DNA of 64,000 nucleotides from a virus (lineage: Duplodnaviria > Heunggongvirae > Uroviricota > Caudoviricetes). Numbering within the stretch: the stretch's first letter is position 1; every line of letters begins with the position of its first letter. The stretch lies in the IMG/VR virus record IMGVR_UViG_3300017938_000005; one strand, given 5' to 3'. Below the pieces are notes generated by a model. It saw only the letters and a program-made list of their open reading frames with translations. It searched no databases and had not been told where the DNA came from. The translations under genes were made by a program, and so were the position numbers. Shown here one piece after another: positions 27,725-36,788 of this stretch.

Positions 27725-27919
27725 TTAGCTCCCAATACGACGAATAACCCACGGCGCATCGTTAGGGTCGGGCGCTGTTGGAAACCCACGCACCCCGTAC
27801 GTGCGCATCCACGTCAGCGTGTCGAGAATTTGCGCCCGTGTTCCGATGATGCGCAGACCGACTGTCTTGAGCCAGCCGAAGCCCTTGAGCCACAAACCAA
27901 AGTTCTGGTTCTGTTTCAT
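27725..27919 (-). CDS. hypothetical protein
   Basis: MKQNQNFGLW..; GGAG RBS. Confidence 0.55.
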   Translation of the reverse strand: MKQNQNFGLWLKGFGWLKTVGLRIIGTRAQILDTLTWMRTYGVRGFPTAPDPNDAPWVIRRIGS

Positions 27920-28590
27920 CTTGTCTCCTTCGCGGGTGTCGACCGGATGAGGTCGTCGCGCAGCGGACGACCGATGCGGGGCATCTGCTTTCGCCACTCC
28001 TCGCGGACGGAGTAAACGATCGGCACGCCGAGGACCTCATCGCCGAAGACAGCCCTCAAGCGGTTTGCTTCCGCGCGCGTCTCGATCCCGAACGAGACGG
28101 CGTTCAGAGCAGGCTGCTGTCGAGACTCCTCCACCGAAATGATTCCCCGGCCCGGCGGCCGCGTGTCGACGTAACTCCCGTCCGGCAGCCGCGCTCCCGC
28201 GTAGCTGATCATGAGGGTCTCCGCGATCGCCGGATGATCCGCGACGAACGAGACGAGGTAATCGTACGCGCGGTGAACTTCGTCCGGCACCTCGGGACGC
28301 GCTGGCGACGGAGGCAGCATCATGGGCGAAAAATAATCCTGCGATTCGTAGCGCGGGTTGTACCGATCCTCGAAGGGCCTCTGCATCGCGAGGTGAGCGT
28401 CTCTGAACGACGGCATCTCCACGAACGGACTCATCGCATTGCCGAACTTCGCGAGATCGGGATCGTAGAAGACGAGCCCAACCCGATGATCTTCCGCAAC
28501 GCTCATCACGTTCGTGCTCGGCCGCTTTCGCTTCCACCAAGCCACCACCACGGCCGCGCCCAGGGCGCCCATCACGAGGCGAGCTTTCAT
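27916..28590 (-). CDS. N-terminally anchored hypothetical protein
   Basis: TM GALGAAVVVAWW. Confidence 0.7.
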   Translation of the reverse strand: MKARLVMGALGAAVVVAWWKRKRPSTNVMSVAEDHRVGLVFYDPDLAKFGNAMSPFVEMPSFRDAHLAMQRPFEDRYNPRYESQDYFSPMMLPPSPARPEVPDEVHRAYDYLVSFVADHPAIAETLMISYAGARLPDGSYVDTRPPGRGIISVEESRQQPALNAVSFGIETRAEANRLRAVFGDEVLGVPIVYSVREEWRKQMPRIGRPLRDDLIRSTPAKETR

Positions 28591-28600
28591 CAGGAATGCG

Positions 28601-28813
28601 TCAGTGGTGCTGCGCTGAGCCGCCGCTGCCGCCGCCGCCTGTGCCCACCGAGCAGCTCTGTGAGCCCGATGCGATGCAGAAAGCGAGGAGGCCCGCTGCG
28701 AAAGCGATCTTGCCGGTCTCCGCGAACGTCCCTCGCGTGAAACCGGAAAGCGCCGCCCACAAGATCCAACCGAGCACAGCGATCACAAGGGTGAGAATGC
28801 CGACGATTGCCAT
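28601..28813 (-). CDS. small two-TM membrane protein
   Basis: Two hydrophobic helices, Gly-rich tail. Confidence 0.7.
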   Translation of the reverse strand: MAIVGILTLVIAVLGWILWAALSGFTRGTFAETGKIAFAAGLLAFCIASGSQSCSVGTGGGGSGGSAQHH

Positions 28814-28870
28814 GGACCTAAGCCTACGCCCATCTGCCCTTCGTCGCCAACTGTCCCGGGCTAGGGCACC

Positions 28871-29173
28871 TTACAGCGGATTTGTCGCTCTCATTGCGCG
28901 CTCTTTCGCGTCTGCAAGGTGAAGTGCAATCGCGCCACAGAGGCTCGGGTCCGCGAGGGCGGCGTGCTCGAGCGCCTCGTGCCCATACTCCTCCGCGTCG
29001 AGCAAACGCTGGAGTTCGCCTGTCTGTGCCAAAAGCGCGTACGAAGCGAGGGCTCTACCCGCCCACGTGATGGCCGTCTCACGCTGCACCCTCTCGATCG
29101 TCTTGCCATGAAGCTCGACCATCGCCTTGTCCGTCGCGGCGGAGAGCTGCGCGCTCAAGATGTCCATCTTCAT
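28871..29173 (-). CDS. hypothetical protein
   Basis: MKMDIL..AITWAGRA. Confidence 0.7.
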   Translation of the reverse strand: MKMDILSAQLSAATDKAMVELHGKTIERVQRETAITWAGRALASYALLAQTGELQRLLDAEEYGHEALEHAALADPSLCGAIALHLADAKERAMRATNPL

Positions 29174-29439
29174 CCTCGCTTTTCTTCCTCGGCCAACCGC
29201 TCCAAGTCCCATGCGATCAAGGCTTCGTTGTCATAGGCGAACGCGAGCGCGCTGAGGACGCGCGCGGGCCCAAGGAGCGGGTAGCGCGCGATGAGCGTCG
29301 CGATCGGCACGCCACGCTTGTGAAAGTCCCAAAGACGGCGCACCGGGACGCGCGAGCCCTCGATGAGCGGACTGCCGTCTCGAAGCTCGACGTGCGGATG
29401 CACCTTCACCTCGAAGCGCGCATCCTCATGAACAAACAT
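29170..29439 (-). CDS. DUF433 domain protein (antitoxin-like wHTH)
   Basis: GSPLIEGSRVPVRRL..G..IATL...YPLL...V..ALAFA signature. Confidence 0.85.
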   Translation of the reverse strand: MFVHEDARFEVKVHPHVELRDGSPLIEGSRVPVRRLWDFHKRGVPIATLIARYPLLGPARVLSALAFAYDNEALIAWDLERLAEEEKRG

Positions 29440-29729
29440 CACAGAATGGGTTCCTTCAAGATCGTCGCGATGGCCTGCTCGTCGAGCCCGTGCACGCCGA
29501 TGCCCGCGGCCGAAACGGAGACGACGTTCGATCGCTGAACAGAGCGGCCCGCGGGACTCTCGTGAAAGACGTAGACGTAGAAGAGCCAGCACTCCGGATC
29601 GGTCTTATTGCGCCGGACTTTCCCGACTTCCGTATCCGGGTCCTCCTGGAACGCGAACTCGCAACGCGCGTGGAGCGCCTTGCAGACGTCATGGAGCGTC
29701 GTCACGATCGCCTTTGCCTTTCCCCGCAC
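29439..29729 (-). CDS. hypothetical protein
   Basis: Track ORF. Confidence 0.65.
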   Translation of the reverse strand: MRGKAKAIVTTLHDVCKALHARCEFAFQEDPDTEVGKVRRNKTDPECWLFYVYVFHESPAGRSVQRSNVVSVSAAGIGVHGLDEQAIATILKEPIL

Positions 29730-29755
29730 TCCTCAACCAAGCCATTCCCTATCCT

Positions 29756-30025
29756 TTACTTGACGTAACCTGCGATGAGAAGACCGCCGCGAATCCCGAC
29801 GTACTCGCGCTTCGTCTCAGCTCCCCGCGCCTCCTCCGCCGCTTTCCTTCGGGCAGATTCGCGATCCTCTTCGAGGCGCGCGAGACGCGTCTCACACGAT
29901 CGACACCTCAGCGACAGGCCGTCCTTCGATGAGTCTGACTCGTCGAACATCTCCGGAGGCAGCGGCTCCTTGCACGAGGTGCAAATCTTCTCCTCCTCCA
30001 CACGAGGGGCAACAACATCGTTCAT
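29756..30025 (-). CDS. zinc-finger protein (type found N-terminal to HNH nucleases)
   Basis: KICTSCKEPLP...F...KDGL..RCRSCE. Confidence 0.7.
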   Translation of the reverse strand: MNDVVAPRVEEEKICTSCKEPLPPEMFDESDSSKDGLSLRCRSCETRLARLEEDRESARRKAAEEARGAETKREYVGIRGGLLIAGYVK

Positions 30026-30285
30026 TTAACGCCCGCCTCTTTCGCCACCGCTCGGAGCTTCGAGATGCCGCCTTCAGCATGAAGCGGGCAGAGCCACGCA
30101 CACTTGCCGCCGAAATCGACGAGCGAACCGCGCGACCCCGCGTTCACCTCCGTCCACCCGATAATCTTCGCCTCGTCCTCGGAAAGACCCATGGGAAACA
30201 CCTCGCTCAAGAGAAACTGCTCGCGCCCGCACGTGTCGCACCGGATCGAACGAACAGCTCGAACCATCCTTTCCACTCCGCGCAT
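30022..30285 (-). CDS. zinc-finger protein
   Basis: CDTC..WLCPLH. Confidence 0.65.
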   Translation of the reverse strand: MRGVERMVRAVRSIRCDTCGREQFLLSEVFPMGLSEDEAKIIGWTEVNAGSRGSLVDFGGKCAWLCPLHAEGGISKLRAVAKEAGVK

Positions 30286-30286
30286 A

Positions 30287-30547
30287 TCACTCCAGGTCGA
30301 GCTTGAGCGCGTGGATGGCCTTCGAGACGAGCTTCCACGGGCCCCACATCATGCGCTGGTGCCCGCGAATGGTGCCCTCTTTCTTCTTGCCTGCGCTGTC
30401 GCCGAGCGAGACGACGAAGTAGTCCGAGGTGCCCTCGAGCGGGACATCCTCGAGTTCACTCGCGTGCGAGATCTCGAGCACACGGATCGTTCGCTTCTTC
30501 TGCGGGTTCTGAACGGGGACCGACTCGATCGTGATTCGGAGCGCCAT
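30287..30547 (-). CDS. hypothetical protein
   Basis: Track ORF. Confidence 0.65.
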   Translation of the reverse strand: MALRITIESVPVQNPQKKRTIRVLEISHASELEDVPLEGTSDYFVVSLGDSAGKKKEGTIRGHQRMMWGPWKLVSKAIHALKLDLE

Positions 30548-30553
30548 GATCCT

Positions 30554-31234
30554 TCAGGCCGCCTTCTGCATCGTCTTGCGCCCGTAGTTCTTGACCGTGT
30601 GCTTCTTCATCTCGGACATCTTGGACCCGAACGTCTGCGTCCCATCCGACCAAGCCTGGTAGCCCGCGGCGTCGCATGAGAGCGGCGTCGAGAGCTGGTG
30701 GCAGTAGTCGTACGGACCTTGGGCGCCCGCGTCCCAGTAATCCGTGAGGACGAAATTCGAGATCGCGGTTTTGCCCTGCTTAAAGCTGCCGCCCTGTACC
30801 GGATCACAGACCTCGTAGGAGAGCATCACGTTCTTGCCGTCCACGAAGCAGTAGAGGACGCAGAACGGGTCGGCCGCTGTCTCGAAAATCTCGTGCGATG
30901 CCGCGATGCTGATCTGGTCGAGCAGCGCTTGCCCCGAGAAGTTGCCGTCGGAACGGATCGTCTCGACGCCGAGGAAAAGCACTGGCCTGCCCTTGTCGTC
31001 GACAGAATGGTACGCGAGCGCACCGGGCGCCTCGGGAAGCATGTCCTTCAAGACGAGCACGCGATCCGTGCTCTCTTTCGCCGGCCCGACTTCGACGGTC
31101 ACCGTGAGCGTGCCGAGGGCTGGCGCGAAGACGAGGTCGTACGCTTCCTGGATGTCGGAAACCATCTGCCCGAGCACCGCGACTGGGGCAAGCTCGGCCG
31201 CTTTCGACTGATTCACGAACGCGTAAGTCGTCAT
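30554..31234 (-). CDS. zincin-like metallopeptidase domain protein
   Basis: ALAYH..ASHEIFETAADP..EVCDPV..ISNFV pattern. Confidence 0.7.
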   Translation of the reverse strand: MTTYAFVNQSKAAELAPVAVLGQMVSDIQEAYDLVFAPALGTLTVTVEVGPAKESTDRVLVLKDMLPEAPGALAYHSVDDKGRPVLFLGVETIRSDGNFSGQALLDQISIAASHEIFETAADPFCVLYCFVDGKNVMLSYEVCDPVQGGSFKQGKTAISNFVLTDYWDAGAQGPYDYCHQLSTPLSCDAAGYQAWSDGTQTFGSKMSEMKKHTVKNYGRKTMQKAA

Positions 31235-31497
31235 GGTTCGTTTCCTCCTTGGATGCATTCGCTCCTCACTTCACACGCGGACTCTTCGCTCTTCGCCTTC
31301 TCGGCGGCCTCCTCGAGCTTCTGCCAAGTCTCGTAGGCCATCTCGAGGACGATGCGCCCATCATTCTTGCGCAGCGACACGACGCCGTCGTCGAGCGTGA
31401 CGTAGTCGACGCCCGCCATCTGTCTCTTGACGAGGATAGAGTTCTGCTTCGAGAGCTTCGCGACGAGCGCGTCGAACGTTTCTGGTCTCGCTGCCAC
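31231..31497 (-). CDS. hypothetical protein
   Basis: Track ORF. Confidence 0.6.
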   Translation of the reverse strand: MAARPETFDALVAKLSKQNSILVKRQMAGVDYVTLDDGVVSLRKNDGRIVLEMAYETWQKLEEAAEKAKSEESACEVRSECIQGGNEP

Positions 31498-31547
31498 GGA
31501 TCAAACCCGTCCCTCAGGAAAGATATCACGAACACGTAGCGCAGCTA

Positions 31548-31799
31548 TCACGAACCGTCGCAGTATCGGAAGCGCGGCTTCTTCTCGCCACCCACGTCGA
31601 CTTCCTCAGTGAAGTTCTCCAGCGTGCGCGTCCATCGAGTGCCGTGCGAGACCGACGTGTAATGGACGAGCGGCGCAAGCGTCGCCTCGTCGATCGAGAC
31701 GCCTGTCGCTTCGTATAGGGGCCCCTTGTGGTGTTTGTAGAATCCGAGCCGGAAATTCTTCGCCCTGAGCTTCTCCTGAGCCTCGTCCTTGTCGTCCAT
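31548..31799 (-). CDS. DUF1653 domain protein
   Basis: GFYKHHKG.LY....E.T...V.Y.....W.R...NF.E.V....PRF. Confidence 0.85.
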   Translation of the reverse strand: MDDKDEAQEKLRAKNFRLGFYKHHKGPLYEATGVSIDEATLAPLVHYTSVSHGTRWTRTLENFTEEVDVGGEKKPRFRYCDGS

Positions 31800-31834
31800 C
31801 TTTCCCTCTCCTTCGTTCTTCGCGACCTTCGCGA

Positions 31835-32143
31835 TCAATCTTCAGACTTTGGTTCAGGCCGCTTCGCCGCCGGCATCACCGCTGTCACGGCCTCGGAACG
31901 AAGATCCTTCTTCGTCGGGATCTCTTCCGGCGAGAAATCCTCTGAACTGCGTACGTGTGCCCGGGACGCGAGGGCGCCGATGCCGGCGGCGTCGGCCCGC
32001 GCTTTCGGGATCACGTAACCGACCACGATGCCCGCGATCGCGAAGAGCGCGTGGCTCGGGATCGTCCCCTTCGAGACGAGGTACGTCATGCAGACGAGGA
32101 GCACCGAGAGGAGGAGCGCCGCTGGCCAAGAGACTCGAGACAT
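31835..32143 (-). CDS. two-TM membrane protein
   Basis: WPAALLLSVLLVCMTYLV..ALFAIAGIVVGYVI. Confidence 0.65.
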   Translation of the reverse strand: MSRVSWPAALLLSVLLVCMTYLVSKGTIPSHALFAIAGIVVGYVIPKARADAAGIGALASRAHVRSSEDFSPEEIPTKKDLRSEAVTAVMPAAKRPEPKSED

Positions 32144-32168
32144 CGTCCAAGAATACAACGAGTCCGGG

Positions 32169-32387
32169 TCATCGACATTTCGCGCACGTCGGATGGTGCG
32201 CGAGCACGCCGCCGAACCCATGCGCGAGCTTCCGGAGTTCGACGCGCCGGTGCGGCGGGAACCATCCTTCGGGGCAGTCGCACACGATGTACGACTGCCG
32301 CTCGCATTCTTCGCACGACGCGTTCTTCGCCTTTTGCGCGAGGAGCGGCGAGCAGGTGTGAGGCTTCGGGGAAGGCATCGCACCCAT
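32169..32387 (-). CDS. Cys-rich hypothetical protein
   Basis: CEEC..CDCP..CAKC. Confidence 0.6.
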   Translation of the reverse strand: MGAMPSPKPHTCSPLLAQKAKNASCEECERQSYIVCDCPEGWFPPHRRVELRKLAHGFGGVLAHHPTCAKCR

Positions 32388-32388
32388 C

Positions 32389-32655
32389 TTACTTCAATCC
32401 CTCCGCTCCACAGTCGCACGGAAGGCCGCGCGCACCAGGTTCACCAGCATCATGGAGTGATGCGCAACCCTCCGCATGCTCCACAAGATGATCGGCGACT
32501 TCACGCTCCGCCCTATACCGGAGGTTGTTCTCCCGAAGGCGCTCGATCGCGACCCGAACGGCTCGCGGGCCACTACCGCCGAGCGCGTCCGCCGCATCGA
32601 GCACGCCAATCACGTCACGCATCGCCTGTTCGTAACCATCGTGGTTCGCGCTCAT
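32389..32655 (-). CDS. hypothetical protein
   Basis: Track ORF. Confidence 0.6.
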   Translation of the reverse strand: MSANHDGYEQAMRDVIGVLDAADALGGSGPRAVRVAIERLRENNLRYRAEREVADHLVEHAEGCASLHDAGEPGARGLPCDCGAEGLK

Positions 32656-33164
32656 CCGTCCTTCCTCTCGCTCTCCACGGCCGCGATGAACCCGCGAACG
32701 AAGTTCTTCATCGCGGTCTCGTCCTCGCGCGGGAGCTGCCTTTTGCGCTCCGGGTCGGCGCCGACGTCCGTGTGACGGTAGATCGCGAAGAGCCTGTACT
32801 GGCCGCGGTCGTTGTTCGCCATGTGGTACTGGACAAAGAGGCCGTAATGGAACTTTTCGTTAAACACGGCAACGAGTCGCCCGAGGTCATCGTTCGTGAT
32901 CTTCTCGCCATTGTTCCACATGCGGGTACACCCGCTGCCGATCTCGAAGCCGACGAGTTCATGCGGACCGCAGATGGAGAGAAACGTCGTCCTCTCCCGA
33001 AGCTCATCGTTCTCTTTCCGGAGCCGCTCAATTTCGACGTTCCCGAGCGCGAAGCGTTCCGCCGGTCCCACCGATTCATTCGACAACCGTGCGCGAAGAT
33101 CCGCGTTCTCTTTCTTCAACGCCTCGACGCTCTCGTTTGACCGACTATCTCGATCGCGGCTCAC
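32652..33164 (-). CDS. hypothetical protein (N-terminal coil)
   Basis: GTGA-coupled start. Confidence 0.65.
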   Translation of the reverse strand: MSRDRDSRSNESVEALKKENADLRARLSNESVGPAERFALGNVEIERLRKENDELRERTTFLSICGPHELVGFEIGSGCTRMWNNGEKITNDDLGRLVAVFNEKFHYGLFVQYHMANNDRGQYRLFAIYRHTDVGADPERKRQLPREDETAMKNFVRGFIAAVESERKDG

Positions 33165-33469
33165 GACTTCGCCTCGAGCATGAAAAACTCCCCACACGCG
33201 CGGCACTCGGCGAAGTGCACAAGCCTCGCTGCGCGTCCCATGACGGCAGGGATTTCCGACGCGCCTTTCTTGACGCGAAGCTTCTTCCCGCAGTCGGGAC
33301 AGTCCTTTGCGCCGTCCGGGAGCGGTCGCACGGGCTTGCATTTGTCCGGGTCGAAATTCTTGAGCATCTCGAGCACCGCTTCACGCGCCCCGGCCCGCTC
33401 TTCTTCGGGCATCTTCTCGATCGCCCTGTCGAGCCCGACGACCTTGGGAGGTTTCCGATCCTTCTTCAT
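33161..33469 (-). CDS. zinc-finger protein
   Basis: CPDC..CRAC. Confidence 0.7.
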   Translation of the reverse strand: MKKDRKPPKVVGLDRAIEKMPEEERAGAREAVLEMLKNFDPDKCKPVRPLPDGAKDCPDCGKKLRVKKGASEIPAVMGRAARLVHFAECRACGEFFMLEAKS

Positions 33470-33660
33470 CAGAGCCTTTCCCTCTCAGCGTCCCAGGCGC
33501 CGCGGATCGCGACCGCCTGCTCGCGCGCCGCGTCACGCGCCGCGACGAGCGCGAGGAGCACCTTCGCGGGAACAACGACGGTCCGCTCATACATGTCCAC
33601 GTGATCGTGAGCCCACGCCCTCCACTCCTCGGCGCTCGAGTTCTCGTCCGGCTCTTTCAT
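33469..33660 (-). CDS. hypothetical protein
   Basis: MKEPDEN..; coupled. Confidence 0.5.
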   Translation of the reverse strand: MKEPDENSSAEEWRAWAHDHVDMYERTVVVPAKVLLALVAARDAAREQAVAIRGAWDAERERL

Positions 33661-33848
33661 CCTGACTCCGTCTGAAGCTCCGCGAGCCTCTTCTCCAACC
33701 TTGCAACCGCCGCTTTCTTTTTCTTGATCTCGAGGAGCAGCGAGCACACCTCGTCGTGCACGTGCCTCGCGCACCGGTTTCCCCGCAGCACTTTCTCGCC
33801 GCAATCGATCATGTCGCCGTTGTCCCAGACGCGCGCTCCGCATCCCAT
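33657..33848 (-). CDS. small Cys-containing protein
   Basis: MGCGARVW..DCG..RCARH. Confidence 0.5.
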   Translation of the reverse strand: MGCGARVWDNGDMIDCGEKVLRGNRCARHVHDEVCSLLLEIKKKKAAVARLEKRLAELQTESG

Positions 33849-33999
33849 CGTCATCGCTCCTCGCCGCAATCGACGCAGACCCAGTACGCGTGCTCGAGCG
33901 CGTCGGGGTTGTCCGTGTTGCACTCGATTTCTCCGACACGATGGGACCCGCATTTCTTGCAAGGCTCTTCCCACGTCTCGACGTCCTTCTCCGCCCAGG

Positions 34000-34404
34000 T
34001 CACGCGCCCTTCTTCCTCTTCGATGAAGAGCGTTTGGGACGGGAAGGCTTACGGAGCAAGCGATCGATCTCGGCCGCGACAAGTGCGCCCGCCTTCTCGA
34101 GCATCCGGATCCGCTGCGCATCCGATACGGGCTCCCGGAGCACGTTTCCGTCGTAAGGCCGTTTGTCGTAGCAGTCGTCCCACGGCCACGGGTCGTCGAA
34201 AGTCACGCCCGCCGCGAACTCCTTCATTACGTAAATGCGACTGCTGGCCGCCGAGGCTGCGTAACACGCTGCCGCCATCGCGATCTCGGCACCATCGTGC
34301 TCGTCATCATGCCACTCGTCGTAGTTCTCTTCCGAGATCTGCCGCGCACGTTCTTTCGCGATGCGCTCGGCACCCATCTGCATGGGGGGTTCGATGTTAG
34401 CCAC
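34000..34404 (-). CDS. conserved phage protein of unknown function
   Basis: ERARQ..HDDEH..E(I)A.AAACYA..WPW..KAGALVAAEIDRL pattern recurrent in many phages. Confidence 0.8.
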   Translation of the reverse strand: MANIEPPMQMGAERIAKERARQISEENYDEWHDDEHDGAEIAMAAACYAASAASSRIYVMKEFAAGVTFDDPWPWDDCYDKRPYDGNVLREPVSDAQRIRMLEKAGALVAAEIDRLLRKPSRPKRSSSKRKKGA

Positions 34405-34906
34405 CGAGAATCTCCTTCATCCGGATCTCGCCGATCGCTGTGCGGATCTTGCCGATGTCTGTCTCGAGTTTGCGCTTCTGCGCGTCGTGCTCCGTCGCGC
34501 GCCGGAGCCAGTCCGAAGAATGCCCCTCAGCCTCAGCGAGGCGTCGCGAGACATCGGCGAGGGACCTCGAGAGTCCTTCGTGGTTCTTCTTCAGCTCCTG
34601 GTGCTGTCGGTCGCTCTCCGCGAGCTTCGCATTCACGGCCACGAGGCGCGCGTTCTCCTCGTGAATCGCGTCGAGGTTCGTCTGGCCCATGAGAACGACG
34701 GGACGGTATTCGCTCCGCACAGTGCTCTCCTGGTAGCCACGCGCCCACGTCTGCTCGTGGACGTCGTCGCGAACGTTATACGCCATCAAGATAATCCAAC
34801 CGTTCTTGACGTATTCAGCGACTGCCGTCGGATGGACCTCCGGCGTCTTGTCGATCCCGTCCCAGCGCACGCCCTCCGCAATGCTCACGCTCCCGCTCGA
34901 CTGCAT
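34397..34906 (-). CDS. coiled-coil hypothetical protein
   Basis: C-terminal heptads. Confidence 0.65.
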   Translation of the reverse strand: MQSSGSVSIAEGVRWDGIDKTPEVHPTAVAEYVKNGWIILMAYNVRDDVHEQTWARGYQESTVRSEYRPVVLMGQTNLDAIHEENARLVAVNAKLAESDRQHQELKKNHEGLSRSLADVSRRLAEAEGHSSDWLRRATEHDAQKRKLETDIGKIRTAIGEIRMKEILGG

Positions 34907-34910
34907 AGGC

Positions 34911-35192
34911 TCACCCTTCCTTTCGCGTCGCCGTCTCCACCTTCTTCGTCTTTTTTGCCCGCGCCTTCTTCGTCTTCTTCGCCTTGGCCAGCGCATCGTC
35001 GAAGCGCGCAAACGGGTTCACCTCGAAACCGTCGCGCACGAAGGCGCCGCCTTCGACTTTGTACTTCCGCTCGCACTGACAAATGTGACTGAAGCGCTCG
35101 TCCGCAAGCTCGAGAAAATGAACCGGAAGCGGACTGCCGCACTCACATGTCACCCGGTTCTTCTCGCCCGTCTCTGCCGCTGCATTTTTCAT
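34911..35192 (-). CDS. zinc-ribbon protein with Lys-rich tail
   Basis: CECG..CQC; KAKKTKK tail; GGAGG RBS. Confidence 0.6.
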   Translation of the reverse strand: MKNAAAETGEKNRVTCECGSPLPVHFLELADERFSHICQCERKYKVEGGAFVRDGFEVNPFARFDDALAKAKKTKKARAKKTKKVETATRKEG

Positions 35193-35257
35193 GGAGGTCG
35201 CGAGCATACTGCAAACGTACGACCACCACCAAGCTCTTTCAGCCCAGACTCACAGGC

Positions 35258-35440
35258 TCACGAGGCGCCGCGGAGCTGGAGCAACTCCTTGATCATGTCC
35301 TGAAGATCCGTGTACGTCGCCGCGACTCGATCGTGCTCATCCCAAAAGCACGGCGTGTTCGGCGGAATCTTCCGGCCGTCCACCTCGCTCACGCACTTCA
35401 AGAGCTGCTTCAAGCGATCATCGCTCAGCTCCCGGCTCAT
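35258..35440 (-). CDS. hypothetical protein
   Basis: MSRELSDD..; coupled. Confidence 0.55.
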   Translation of the reverse strand: MSRELSDDRLKQLLKCVSEVDGRKIPPNTPCFWDEHDRVAATYTDLQDMIKELLQLRGAS

Positions 35441-36012
35441 CGGGTCCTCTTCCATGGCCGGCCCAAAATCTCTACGGCAAGCTCGACGTGTTCGTCGCGT
35501 AGGCCGACCGAGAAGCTCGTCTTCACGTGACGGTCCTTGTGCGGATCGGTGTCAGAGTCGTCATCCAAGATGACGAACGCGCCCACTTCACGAGCCCCGG
35601 CGTTCGACGCAAGCCACCTGTCGATCTCTGCGCCGCGCGCGTGGGAGACGGCAATCGACGCGATCTCTTTCGTGACCACGTCGAGCGGTGCATTCGCGCC
35701 GTGCTTATCGAAGACGTTCTCGATCTGCTCGCCGATCAACTCTTTCGGGAGCGGCGTCGTGTCGATCACCTCGCCGACGAAACCCGCAGCGCCAAGGATC
35801 TCCCGAAGCTCGACGAGCGGGTGCCCGTAGCGCCACGACGAGGACACCACAGCGACGGCGCCGGTTCGCACGCAGATCGCGTTGAGGCGCGCGACCGCCT
35901 CGGGATCGATCCCCGCGACGCCGCCGGATTTCAACGAATCTCGAAGACGCTCCTTCATCATGAAGATGTGCGAGTTCAAGACGCCGTCGAAGTCGAGAAA
36001 AATAATCTTCAT
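35437..36012 (-). CDS. HAD-superfamily phosphatase, Swiss-army-knife RNA-repair-like (HAD_SAK_2)
   Basis: IIFLDFDGVLN, VVSSSWR, DTTP, RGAEIDRWL, VILDDD, GL motifs. Confidence 0.88.
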   Translation of the reverse strand: MKIIFLDFDGVLNSHIFMMKERLRDSLKSGGVAGIDPEAVARLNAICVRTGAVAVVSSSWRYGHPLVELREILGAAGFVGEVIDTTPLPKELIGEQIENVFDKHGANAPLDVVTKEIASIAVSHARGAEIDRWLASNAGAREVGAFVILDDDSDTDPHKDRHVKTSFSVGLRDEHVELAVEILGRPWKRTR

Positions 36013-36788
36013 CGCCCTTTCCCGACTGTATGGGAATTTAGCAACGTAGCGGAATAACAGAGTTGCTCGATCTGCTCGATCTGCTCGAGTGGACCAGGTA
36101 TGCGCGACAGCGACCGACCAACCCCCTCCAGCGTCTTACACCGGAGCATCGCGCGAAACTTCAGATCCCGAAGGCTCTCGTTTCGCACGACGAGCTTGAC
36201 GATCAACCCGGGCGTCACGGTGTCCCCGCACGCGATGGGCGAGCCCCGCCCCACCGAGAACACGGATGCTGGGAGCGCACCCACGGAAACGAATTGCGAG
36301 CGGGACCCGATGCGGAGGTCCACGATCGAGAAATCGTCGGCGATGTTCGGCGGAACGTAGAGGTGGGAAGGGCGCAGCACGATCGATGCCTGCGTCTGCA
36401 GGTGCACTTCCGACATGCACGAGACTTCGGTCGGGCCGAACCCGAGCGTCGCGCCGACGGGCTCGCCGTCGTCCAGAACCTCTTCGATCATCTCGTAGAA
36501 ACGATCGTCTTTCGAGAGGGACTCCACGGGCTCCCACGCGAGCGGCACGCAGCAGTACCGACAATGGGTTCGGCCGCTCTCTACGGGGGCCGAGCACGAA
36601 GGACACTTCAAGACGAAGGGACGAAGAACCTTGGGATCACGGAGCGTCCGGAATCTTGTTGGCGGACCTGTGACATCACCCGCAAGCACGCTCGGTGCAG
36701 ACGTGCTCCCGACGACCCACTTGGTTCCGTCATAGATGGAAACTTGGTTCGGCTCCATCCACGAGGAGAACGCGCGCCTCGTCATCAT
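36009..36788 (-). CDS. chimeric protein: fibre-like repeat + zinc ribbon + beta-sandwich domain
   Basis: YDGTKWV/LAGDVTG, CPSC..CRYC, then beta-rich domain. Confidence 0.7.
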   Translation of the reverse strand: MMTRRAFSSWMEPNQVSIYDGTKWVVGSTSAPSVLAGDVTGPPTRFRTLRDPKVLRPFVLKCPSCSAPVESGRTHCRYCCVPLAWEPVESLSKDDRFYEMIEEVLDDGEPVGATLGFGPTEVSCMSEVHLQTQASIVLRPSHLYVPPNIADDFSIVDLRIGSRSQFVSVGALPASVFSVGRGSPIACGDTVTPGLIVKLVVRNESLRDLKFRAMLRCKTLEGVGRSLSRIPGPLEQIEQIEQLCYSATLLNSHTVGKGR

